NCBI GenBank assembly: GCA_951406725.2
Contig: OX597821.1
Location: forward strand, 42,718,001 to 42,782,000
Origin: Octopus vulgaris
Lineage: Eukaryota
Direction of reading: 5' to 3'
DNA: 64,000 nucleotides
Shown: piece after piece, positions 1 through 11,400 of the stretch
Layout of the letters: every line of letters starts with the position of its first letter
Numbering within the stretch: the stretch's first letter is position 1
Position numbers and translations under genes: made by a program
Notes under the pieces: generated by a model
Seen by the model: only the letters and a program-made list of their open reading frames with translations
Database searches by the model: none
What the model was told of the DNA's origin: nothing

Positions 1-132
1 CCAATATCAACCAATCAGAGTATTGGGCACAACAAGGCCCAAACGGCCGAAGGTTAGCTGTTATCTGCTACGTCCGTATTTGTGTTATATATGTCAGAGA
101 GAGAGAAAGCATTTCACTAAGCGTCCACTACA
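1..132 (-). mobile_element. 5' end of a related LTR, running off the window edge
   Basis: The minus strand starts TGTAG at 132 and contains tgttgtgcccaatactctgattggttg, similar to tgttgtgtccactgctctgattggttg at about 1339-1365. Confidence 0.5.
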
Positions 133-500
133 AATCCTAGTGAGGAAAATGCAAAAGTTATTTGTACAGTTCTAACTTGCATTAAAGCCATTCCTGTTTT
201 TAAAAAATCTCTTATAAAACTTATGTTTAGCAGGGTCGTTTTATTGATTAAGTTTAGGAAAGAAGAAGCAATATTAAAACTAACATTTAAACTGAAAGAC
301 AGATTAAACTACGTAAACATCCTTCTGGTATTCTTAGCATAAGCAGTATTTTGTCAGGGTATATATTGAACTTCATTGGAGAAGCCGCTTCTGTTTAAAG
401 CCTTATTATAATATTTAGGAGAATTAAATATTCATGTTGTTATGTATGCTAAAAGCTCTTTTCTTTCCTATGATGACCTTTTCTAAGTAAAATGTATTGT

Positions 501-830
501 TAGGTGCATGCGTGGTTCTGTGATAAGAGGTTTGCTTTCCAGTCAACTGTGTGCGTGTGTGTGTGTGTGTATGTGTTCGTGTGTGTGTGTGTGTGTGTGT
601 GTTCGTGTGTGTGTGTGTGTGTGTGTGTCTGTGTGTCTGGTTACCCCCACTACCACTTGATAACTGCTGTTGGTGTGTTTACGTCCTTGTAACGTGGCAA
701 AAGAGACTGGTGGAATGAGTACTAGGCTTAAAAAATAAGTACTAGAATCGACTCGTTGGACTAAAATTTTTCAAGGTGGCGCCACAGCATAGCCGCAGTC
801 TAATGTCTGATAAGGTTAAAGGATAAAAAA
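501..830 (+). mobile_element. tRNA-derived SINE, family A (internally deleted, long GT tract)
   Basis: Head remnant plus the 3' body ggtgtgtttacgtcc..agtactaggctt..cagcatagccgcagtc. Confidence 0.65.
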
Positions 831-1250
831 CAAAAATATGGAACATTTTGATGTTCCTATGTGTTGCATTTAATGGTGCCGAAGTTTGTAACTTTATTTA
901 TTTTATAAACTTTTCAAATGAAATTCGCTTCTATAGAGTTTAGCATGTAGAGAGATGAAAGATTAGTTGTAACCTGCAATAAGAATGGGCATAGTTAGAA
1001 AGGATTAGTAACAAATAATTAGAACTCAAAAGTTTGGGTCTAAAGATTATTGTAAGTGCACAGTCAATATTTTAGATATTAACACGTATAGTCTACATGT
1101 AAAATATTATAATTTAGGAAATCTAGCAGAAATAAATCGTTGCATAACTTTTAAATTTCGTTTTCTTGCATTTATCAATTATAAGTGTATTACCATGGTT
1201 TTTTGTGCGACCATAGGCAAAATGCGTAAATAACATGACATCATTACCAT

Positions 1251-2199
1251 TGTAGCGTAACTGATATCCTCACTGATTGAGAGACACATTAAGAATAATC
1301 TCGTGGTAGTTAACAACCATCTTTGACTAGTTTGACCCTGTTGTGTCCACTGCTCTGATTGGTTGGCATTTGGCGCAGTTTGTCTCTGGACTTATTTCGC
1401 ACCAGTGTGTAAGCCAACCAATCGCGGCCTTTGAATAGGGTTTCGTGATACTGTTTTTCAGATGTCCTGTTTGAGCCACTTTAACCCTATAAAGAGCCCA
1501 GCATTCACTATTCCAGGCCTTTGGCTCTAGACCTTTTAAGGTCTAGTCACTGACCACCGAGCTACTCAGCCATGTTCCAGTTCCAGTGACAGACGACCAG
1601 CCAGCCAGCCAGCCATGAAGACGCTATTATACACCAGCGACAGACAGGACGTTCTACATTTCCGTCGCCTTCATCTCAACGTCGTCTCCCTCTGCCGCCG
1701 CCATGAACATCATCCTTCAATTCTGCGTCGTCTCTATCTCCGTCGTCTTCAGCAATACGTACACAGCACTCGCCCAGGTTTAAACTCCCGCTGTTTGTGA
1801 ATATTTCACAGAGGTAAAACAGTTACAGTCTACCTGAAGAACTTTCTGTATCAAGAGACTCGGCACGGCATTGAAGTCACAAACCGCTGCACGACATGTG
1901 CCCAATCGGCCTCTGCCTCGTGTCCACAAAATCTTGTTATAGAACTGTTTGCTATTGTGTACCTCACTTACGAACTGGTAAACAAATTCCATCTTCACTC
2001 AATATGCTGATCTTATGTTCTGCATTCTGTGTTATACGCATACACCTCTGTCGCACACACGAACACACAGACACAAAACACTTGTCGCACGCATGCAGAT
2101 ACTACACCTTGCTAGCATTCACACACTCTCTTTGTACACTTTGTAAATAAAGTCTTCTCTCTCAAACAGTAGAACGTTCCTTTTGGCACTGAATTTACA
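1251..2199 (+). mobile_element. Solo-LTR-like sequence (about 950 bp)
   Basis: Starts TGTA and ends TACA; several CCAAT/ATTGG boxes, TATA box (ctataaag near 1487) and AATAAA near 2146; GC-richer than the flanks. No clean TSD. Confidence 0.65.
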
Positions 2200-2886
2200 T
2201 TATAGGAGAGAGAGTGAGAGAGAGAGAGAGAGAGAGAGATGCAAAGAGCGTTTGTATTGTTAGAGTAGAGATACATCGACAGAAAGAAAAAGTAGATATA
2301 AGCAAACAGCTAAACTGGAATGACCTTCGTATTTGAAAACTATAGTGATGATGATGGTGGTGTGTTGATAGTGGAAAGTATTTTTTTATTCAACTAAATC
2401 TATATTATTCTTTTACCTGTTCGTAAAGAATATTACAGTTTGTTAGAGGGGAAAAGGAGGAGGAGTGTGAGAGAGAAGATAGCCAGCTGATGCATTATAC
2501 TGTCACTTATATGGTTAGAGGAAGTGAAGAGGAAAATTACACGGTTAAAAAAATTTGTTGAGAGAAAGAAATATAAAGCTTTCAGCAGAAGATAATTTTA
2601 AAACCATATAATATGTTATTGTGACTGGAAATGAAATAACTTAGCAAAATAAAAATGCAAATCATCCTTTCTCGTTTTGTGGAATTTCCACGGTTCCACT
2701 AGTCAAGTAATATTTTGAAATGTATTAACCGAAAAAGCTCTTGCTATTATAGTTTACAGTGTATAATACTGAAACATACGTATTAAATGCTTTCAAAATA
2801 TCATTATTTGGTTTTATTTAGTCTGGGGAGAATCTTTACCCCTTATCGACTAACACATTCACTGGTTCGATTTCCACTAAATTTAT

Positions 2887-3278
2887 TTACTCTTTTACTT
2901 GTTTCAGTCATTTGACTGTGGCCATGCCGGAGCACCGCCTTTAGTCGAGCAAATCGACTCCAGGACTTATTCTTTGGAAGCCTAGTACTTATTCTATCAT
3001 TCCCTTTTGCCGAACCACTAGGTTACGGGGACGTAAACACACCACCATCGGCTGTCAAGCGATGTTGGGGGGACAAACACAGACACACAAACATATACAT
3101 ACACATAATATACATGACGAGCTTCTTTCAGTTTCCGTCTACCAAATCCACTCACAAGGATTTGGTCGGCCCGAGGATATAGTAGAAGACACTTGCCCAA
3201 GGTGCCATGTAGTAGGAATGAACCCGGAGCCATAAGGTTGGTAAGCAAGCTACTTACCACACAGCCACTCCTGCGCCT
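2887..3278 (-). mobile_element. tRNA-derived SINE, family A (full length)
   Basis: Head ggcgcaggagtggctgtgtggtaag (A box) and gggttcattcc (B box), caccttgggcaagtg core, internal (GT)n and an A-rich tail; many relatives in the window. Confidence 0.85.
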
Positions 3279-3589
3279 ATATATTTTTTCCAGAATTTTC
3301 GTTGATTCTTGCAACCATCTCAATGGTTGTTGGCTGTCCGTTATCGGCGCTGTGTTCCTTTTGTTTGTTTGACTTTATTATATTTGTGAGTGTTATATAC
3401 AATATATACACACACATGTATGTGTGTACTTACATATATAGTTCACAGATGAGATCCAGAGATTCTCCGTATAGAAGACACTTAGTAGTGCTCAAAAAAT
3501 TCAAACTTAAGACTCCGATGTCTTTACAGGGGATCATTCCACAAGGTAAAGAAAGGCTATAAGAGGGATCAAGTTGAGCAGGTATAGAG

Positions 3590-3682
3590 GCAATTATGTG
3601 GATAAACAAATTAGACACATCAAATAAATTAAATACATCATGATGTATTTAATGTGTCTAATTTGTTTATCTGCATAAATGC
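3590..3682. repeat. Loop-less palindrome with arms of about 42 bp
   Basis: Centre atca|tgat at 3640/3641; arms match except for a 9-nt insertion and about 3 mismatches. Confidence 0.9.
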
Positions 3683-4536
3683 ACACACACACACACACGT
3701 AGATGCAGTTTGAGATAGTCCACATTTGATGGCATTGTTCACAGCTGTGTAGATATTTATTTATCATGCAGGAACATTATATGATGAAAATACAGCAAAG
3801 AAGAAAGCTATCCTTATGAGTAACACCATCAAAAATGAAGTCAAACAGCTGAACTTTTCACGGTAGGTAAAAACCCCTATCACCATATTACTATTTTTAT
3901 TCATTCCAAGCTCACATACCAGTGTCTACGAAGGAGTCTATAAGCAGTCATTTGGGTTGCTAAAAATAACAAAACAAAATTTCCCTCAAAACATACCATA
4001 CCATCTTGAAAAAGAAGGTCATGTGAAAACATAGGGTTATAAATACAAGAAAACAGTATGACTAGAATGCTGCTGGTCACAGGTTTGCTAAGGTGGGGGT
4101 TGACTTGGGGTTAAATAACAATAAGCAAGGTCAACTGAGGGGGGATTTTAACTTATAATGTAAACACTGACAGACAGTTCGCTATTTCTCACCCTACTAT
4201 ACTACTATTACTAGTGATAGGTTATTTTGGGAATTTCTTGCTTGGCACCTTGGGCGTCTTCTATAGCCCGGACCAACCTGAATGGACTAGGTAGACGGAA
4301 AACTGAAAGCCTGCCGTGTATATGTTTGTGCGCTCGTGTCTCCTTGTCGTAAACAAATGTCTGACACAATTATATATATGCTGTGTCGTATGTTTGCAAG
4401 CTTGTGTGAAACCATGTGCTGTTCAAAGTACTATAGGAAATATTTGTTTGAAAGCAGGTAATGGTTTAAATAGGCCCCCGTCCAATTCATGGAAAAACGG
4501 ACGTTGAAACAAACCAATGATGCGCACACATATACA

Positions 4537-4605
4537 CAGGGTGTCCATAAATTATCTTTAAAACTTCCACACTTCAAATTGTAAAGGTAATTTATGGACA
4601 TCCAG
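4537..4605. mobile_element. Tiny mariner-like foldback MITE
   Basis: cagggtgtccataaattatcttta ... taaaggtaatttatggacatccag inverted arms of about 24 bp around a short spacer. Confidence 0.55.
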
Positions 4606-4912
4606 CACATTTGTGAATCATGTTTTTTATCCCTCTATCTTCTCAACATCTGACATGAAGCCACATCTCTCTCTACTATAACCCCACGCAGTTGAGGGGA
4701 CTTCTTTTTGTCTTGCAAGTTATTTAGCAACCTCACTCGTGCAGATGACACGAAAAAAAAAAAAAGCACTCAGTACCCTATGTAATGTGGCTTGCATTAG
4801 GAAAGGCATCCAGCCATATAAGTTATGCCGAAGTAGACATTGGTGCTCGACACAGGCTGGCAGTTCGGATCCTGCCAAACTATTCAACCCGTGCCAGTAT
4901 GGAAGACAGATC

Positions 4913-5294
4913 TTTTCTCTTTTACTTCTTTCAGTCATTAGACTGCGGCCATGCTGTTGGCACTACGTTGGAGAATTTTTTAGCTGACTGAATCAACCCC
5001 AGAACTTATTTTTTTAAATACTGGTACTTATTCTATCAGTTTCTTTTGCTGAACACACAGTTACGAGGATGTAAATACACCAGCACCGGTTGTCAATCTG
5101 AGGTGGAGGACAGACACAAAGACACACACATATACGATGGGCCTCTTTCAGTTTCTATCTACCACATCCACTCACAAGGCTTTGGTCGGCCCGAGGCTAT
5201 AGTAGAAGGTACTTGCCCAAAGTGTCAAGCAGTGCGACTGAACCTGGAACCATGTGGTTGGGAAATAGGCTTATCACACAGCCACGCCTGCGTC
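4913..5294 (-). mobile_element. tRNA-derived SINE, family A
   Basis: Colinear with the 2887-3278 copy. Confidence 0.82.
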
Positions 5295-5899
5295 TATATT
5301 AAATAAAGCTGATAAACATACCCACAGGTGGGAAAGAAAGTCCAGTTGCATTTTTGACTTGATCATTTTGAGGGTACCTTTTCAGTACTAATATGCACCT
5401 CCCCCCATCCCCAAAGATTACTTTACACCACAGTGGTTAAATTCTTATCAATTTTACCCATTTATACTGTTGCATACTACTATTGAAGTTATTCCCTTTC
5501 ATTTTTCAGTTACAAATATGTATGCACAGTTCTAATAGGAGAAAAAAAACGACAGGACTTGGCGCTGAGCAGGAAGGTATTGCAATCATCTGAAGATGAT
5601 GGTTATGCTGAATATGTATATGAAAACGGCAGTTTAGTTGCACATGGGGTGATAGTGGCTTTTTACTGCGAATGATACTGAAGCACTTGCACATAGTCTT
5701 CAATCAAATAACTTTCTAATTATATTCTTTGAGGAGTTTGTTGTTAATAAAATTATATCGTTCTTAGAAATAGACATTTTTAAAAGGAAAAAACAATATC
5801 TGCTATCTCAAGATGTTTTTTTTTTTTTTTTTTTTTTTTTTGGTGGGGTTTTGATATGGCTTTCCAAGACTGACATATTTCATGTGCCATTGGAACAGC

Positions 5900-7300
5900 T
5901 TACAAGATGGAAATTCCAGAGGGGTGTCCTGGAGAAAATACCAGACTTAGTGTTTAGAGCAAGGGACAATACAGGCCACGTCAGTGCAAGAAGCGAGTTA
6001 AGACAGGACATGTGAGCTAGCTCAAAGGAGCAGAGGCAATGGTAGTAGCAAAATGTGAAGCAGAGGCAATGGTAGTAGCAAAATGTGAAGCAGAGGAATC
6101 AGCACATCAGTGGTCTTTCATTGGATGCAGTCTACCATGACTGTGTGTGTGTAGCATCAGCAATTGAGATGAGAGGAGGCCTAATCTTTGCAATGTTGAG
6201 TACGCATGTTCACTAAAAAAGATATCCAGAACTGTTGATGCTTGATGTTTATGAGTGACAGTAGTGTTTGGCAGAGATAACATTAACATGACCCCAGTGG
6301 AAGATCTCAGGCTGTTATTCCTAGAGTCAGTGTAGGTTTGGCATAAGATGTCGAGGTTGCAAATAGATGATGCTTTGATACAGAAGGTTGGGGAGGAATG
6401 AAGGCTGGCAACATCTGAATATGAGTGCATGTTGGATATGGTAACAAGTAGATCATCAATATATAAGAAAAAGAGCATAGAGGAGAAAACTTAACCTTGG
6501 GGTGAAGAGAACTTCAGTAGCACATGCAATAAGATCTGACAGGAAGCCACTGAGGCAAGAGATGACAGATGGAACTGAAAGAGTAGCAGTTTTGATAGAT
6601 TTGTGTGCCGCATACAGTTGACTGCTTTGCAGATGTTGAGTAAAATAAAACTCTTTTTTTTTAGATAATTTCTTAACGCAAAGGAACCACTGGTGAGTGG
6701 CCATAAGAGGGAAATTCAAGGTGCTGGGATAAGTTGTCAATGGCTTTCTCCATTAGCTTTGAGGTGATAGAAGTGCAGAAGTATGATTAATGGCAGGGTC
6801 AGAGTAATTGCTCTTCTTGGAAATGGGACAACATAGTTGTGGGTTTACAAAGATCAGGATTTATCAGTGGAGAGAAAAACAGAAAGAGAAATATTGAAGT
6901 AATTGGTGTGTAGAGACTAACTCTGGTATACATTGTCTGAGTAAGGAAAGGAACATTTTCCTGGTCAGTGGCCTTATTGATTTCCTACTTGGCATGAAGG
7001 TGTGTGGCAGTGGACCTGATGGAGTGGGAGGAGAATTTTTGGAGGAGATTTACCTCATACGACCAATGTCAAGTTGAATGCAAAGTGGGCAGCAAAAGAA
7101 AGGATTTTCTGCAGGGAAGTAATCCTTATAGAAAGGATTATTAGGTTTGGGGAGTTCACTGAGTTCAATACGAAATATATGATGTAGTCTTACAAGAGTT
7201 GCTGTGTTGGCCATAAGGTATCCAATTTGTAGGTGTCAGTGATTTTCTATAAGTATTATAGATGTGTTGAGTGGAGTGAAACATTTGGAGGATTCAGAGC
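5900..7300 (-). pseudogene. Very old LINE RT remnant (CR1/jockey-like)
   Basis: Scattered translations GFLSD, LFLIY/IDDLL and YSDVASLH resemble SFLSDR...LFLIYINDL...YADDASL in the expected order; boundaries are vague. Confidence 0.45.
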
Positions 7301-7859
7301 CGTAATCTTGAGTGGGATGAAGAGAGCGAGAGAGGGGGTTACACATAAAAGGAATGATTACAGTCAACTGCTTAAATTCTCCTGGCACTGACAAACCCAT
7401 TACTACAGCCATCTTTTTCCCAAAAATGTCACCAAGTCACAAGAGACAAAACACAGCCACTCCTCACTGTTCAAGCTTATTTGTCCCCCTTCCACTCTCT
7501 ACATAATTCAGTCCACTAAGAATTATTCAATCATCAAGTATCTCTGCCACCCCTCCCTAACTGAACCATATAACAAAGTTGTTATCTTGATTCCTTTCCT
7601 ATTCCAAAACCCACAATGTATTGTGTGTGTGTGTGTGTTCTATTTAAGCATGCATGGACTAGTTTCAAAAGATTACCTAAAGGAAATCACTCTGTGTTAA
7701 TGAATAGGAAGGCAATAGTAGTAAAGAAGTGTTGTGTAATGTCCATTGGACACAACACAGACATGTTATATATTCACAAATGCACATAGAAAATGTCAGC
7801 CAGTGTACCAAACTGTAAACTGCCATTAACTGAACAACAAACTCAGATGTGATAAAAGA

Positions 7860-7911
7860 CAGATCAGTAAAACAACAACAACAACAAACAATTTAAGAAC
7901 AAAGTTTTATT
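7860..7911 (-). terminator. Putative polyadenylation signal of the Tudor gene
   Basis: AATAAA on the minus strand (7906-7911), about 420 nt past the stop, followed by a GT-rich downstream element (ttgtttgttgttgttgttgtttt). Confidence 0.5.
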
Positions 7912-8327
7912 TAATGCAATCATTTAAAATTTTCTCCCCTCCATGAAATTTTAAACGCTAAACATTATAATGTGAAAAGAAACTAGCAAAAAAAAAAAAA
8001 AAAAAACACCCCATGTAAAATTGCAAGGACAGATTAAGTAAATAAAGAAATAAAAATAAATTAAAGATATTTGAGAAAAGAAAATATTAAGTGCAGACAT
8101 CATTGGAAGAATCAGTGAAAGACAAGACGTGATTCCAATCTTCTGAGTCTGAAAGATTAGCTCTTTCATCTGTAATCTCAACAAAACCTCAGGTTTATTC
8201 ACTTTGAACAAGGCATTCTGGCAAGGCCATAGGTTTGTGCCTCGATAGACAGTGAGGGGCGTGCATCCACCCACCCACTCATCTACAAGCAATCAGATTG
8301 TGGTTTGCAATCATTTGCTTAGTCATT

Positions 8328-8473
8328 CTACAGTTCGTCACTTGACTCTCGGCTGTCCTTATGTTCTGATTTTTTCTCCTCATCAAACTGTTCCTCAACG
8401 TTTTCGTTTGATGTCTGATTCTCCTCTTTTTCACTCAAGTCAGAAAGCCCTACAGTGTCCCTAGTGATGCAAT
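8328..8473 (-). CDS. Tudor gene terminal coding exon (acidic tail ending ...KDSRESSDEL*)
   Basis: Strong acceptor ttttatttctttttcag, phase 1, E/K/S-rich open frame to TAG at 8328-8330, followed by UTR-like sequence and a polyA signal. Confidence 0.65.
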
Positions 8474-11400
8474 CTGAAAAAGAAATAAAACATATTCACA
8501 GGAAATTATTTCATTTAGTCCAGTGAAACCCATGCAAAAATTACAACAGGGATGAAAATAATGCGAATGGTGATAAACCATAACGTTTACTCTTAAAACA
8601 AAGTATAGAAACAACTTCCAAAATTAACTTTTTTATGCAAAACATTGTTTTGTGGAGACAACACATATTTACAACTTTAAAGCAACAATATCATTTCTTT
8701 TGATATATTGCCACTAGTTTGTTGGTCAGCAATGTCAGCTGTCACCAACTACTTCTAATCTCCAGTCATGTGACTGTAAATGGGAAGCTGAAATTAAAAT
8801 TTTAACTACATCATCATCATCATCATCGTCCGTTTTCCGCGCTAGCACGGGTTGGACGGTTTGACCGGGGTCTGGGAAGCCAGGGCTGTACCAGGCTGCA
8901 GTCTGATCTGGCAGTGTTTCTACAGCTGGATGTCCTTCCTAACGCCAACCACTCCGCGAGTGTAGTGGGTGCTTTTTACGTGCCACCTGCACAGGTGCCA
9001 GAGGGGTCTGGCATCGGCCACGATCGGATGGTGCTTTTAACGTGCCACCGGCACGGAAGCCAGCCAAGGCAGCGCTGGCATAGGCCACGTTTGGATGGTG
9101 CTTTTTATGTGCCACCAGCACAAGCCAGTCGAGGCGGCGCTGGCATCGGCCACGTTCGGATGGTGCTTTTTATGTGCTACCGGCACAGAAGCCAGTCGAG
9201 GCAGCGCTGGCAATGGCCATGTTCAGATGGTGCTTTTTATGTGCCACCGACACAGGTATCACAACTACTATTTCCATTGATATTTGTTTCGATGTTCGTG
9301 TACATGCACTTGACTCAACAGGTCTCCTCAAGCACAGCGAGACGTTCCGGGATCCAAGGTACTTTGAATGGGCAGGGGCTATGCGGAACTGGAGCCGGAA
9401 GCATCCCGGGTCTTTGTAGTCACAGCACATCTCCAGAGATCTCGGTCCTTCGCCATTGCCTCAGTGAGGCCCAACGCTCTGAGGTCATGTTTGACTACCT
9501 CATCCCATGTCTTCCTGGGTCTACCTCTCCCCCTGATTCCTTCAACTGTTTGGGAGCGGCACTTCTTCACACATCTCTCCTCATCCATCCGCAGTACATG
9601 ACCATACCATCGCAAGCGTCGCTCTTGCACACCGCATCTGATGCTTCTTATGTCTAGCATTTCTCTCAGGTTGCTTACACTCTGTCATGCATTCACACTG
9701 ACATTACACATCCAGCGGATCATGTTAGCTTCATTTCTTTCAAGTCTACGCATGTCCTCTGCTGTCATGGCCCATGCTTCACTACCATGAAGCATGGCAG
9801 TTCGCACACATGCATCATACAATCTACCTTTTACTCTGAGTGAGAGACCCTTTGTCGCCAGTAGGGGTAGGAGCTTTCTAAACTTTGCCCAGGCTATTCG
9901 TATTCTAGTGGTGACATTCTCTGAGCATCCACCTCCACTACTAACTTGGTCACCCAGGTAGCGGAAACTATCAGCTACTTCTAGTTTCTCCCCCTGGAGT
10001 GTGATGGAATCTGTTTTCTGAGTATTTGTGGTGTCTATTGTCCCTGTGCATCTGCCGCACATGAAAGCTATCTTATCAGTTAACTTCCCTTTGATGTTGC
10101 TGCACCTCTTATGCATCCATAGCTTACACTGGGTGCATCCTATGGAGTTTCTACCTACACCTTTCCTACAGATCGAGCAGGGCCACTTGCCCGATGGGGT
10201 GTGTGCTGAGTTTGCCTTTCTGCTTACTATAACTTTGGTCTTCGCTACATTTACTCTAAGGCCCTTTGATTCTAACCCTCGTTTCCACACCCGAAATTTC
10301 TTTTCTAGTTCCAGTAGTGATTCTGCTATGAGAGCCAGGTCATCAGCATAGAGGAGCTCCCAGGGGCAACCTGTTTTGAATTCTTCTGTTATTGCCTGGA
10401 GGACTATGATGAATAAAAGGGGACTGAGGGCTGAGCCTTGGTGTACACCTACTTCTACCCGGAATTCTTCACTATATTCGTTGCCAATCCTAACCTTGCT
10501 GACAGCCTCTCTGTATAGAGCCTGTACAGCCCTTATTAGCCATTCGTCAATCTCCAGTTTCCGCATCGACCACCAGATAAGGGATCGGGGAACCCTGTCA
10601 AAGGCTTTCTCCAAGTCCACAAAAGCTATGCAGAGGGGTTTATCTTTAGCTAGGTACTTCTCCTGCAGTTGTCGGACCAGGAATATAGCATCAGTGGCGC
10701 TTCTACCCGGCACAAAACCGAACTGCATCTCATCTAAGCAAATTCTCTCCCTAATGAGATGGGTTATGACCCTCTCTGTGACCTTCATCACCTGATCCAA
10801 CAGTTTAATACCCCTGTAGTTATTTCTATCTAGAGCATCACCCTTACCCTTGTAGCAGTTGACTATGGTGCTGCTACGCCAGTCATTGGGTATGACTCCA
10901 TGAACTAGATTATTTGAAACAAAGGTTGAAACAGACATACCACCAACAGCTAAAACACAGTAGCTATCTGTATCCCCACCTCCACACACCAATACATACC
11001 TATTTCTGATTATCAAAATATGAACAAACATTAATAACTGCCAACTCACTGAGGCAAGGTATACATCAGTAACTATAAGCACTTCTTTAAACATTGTGTG
11101 GTAAGAGTTGGCTAATTGCTGAGAAATATTGTCTTAATAAAAGATGAAGATATGTATGATATGGCACTTAAGTATCAGATTGAAACTAAAAGTTTAAGGC
11201 AGTGATCATGTATGGCCAAAACCACAATAATGCCCTAATAAAACTTAACTTCAGAGGTATACAAAGAGATAAAACAAACACATTGAGAACATAACTCACC
11301 TTTAACTGAATGATTGCAAGGAGAAATGGAGATGTGTTCTTGAGGGTTGTCATCAGAATCTACAGTAATAATGAAAAATGACTGTATCAAGATAGTTAAA

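Noticed and set aside
6030-6097. 30-bp tandem duplication (a similar 29-30-bp one lies at about 20238-20297)
   Set aside because: Ordinary two-copy slippage duplications with no further structure.
8328-8342. C-terminal SDEL as an ER-retention signal
   Set aside because: No signal peptide is evident and Tudor scaffolds are cytoplasmic; likely chance in an acidic tail.
8914-9657. 247-aa plus-strand ORF
   Set aside because: Antisense reading of the RTE 3' UTR array; similar pseudo-peptides recur at every RTE tail.
10900-11094. Hydrophobic N-terminal extension on the 469-aa RT ORF suggesting a domesticated fusion
   Set aside because: LINE homology stops at about 10899; the extension is intron sequence that happens to be open, and the copy has a nonsense codon.
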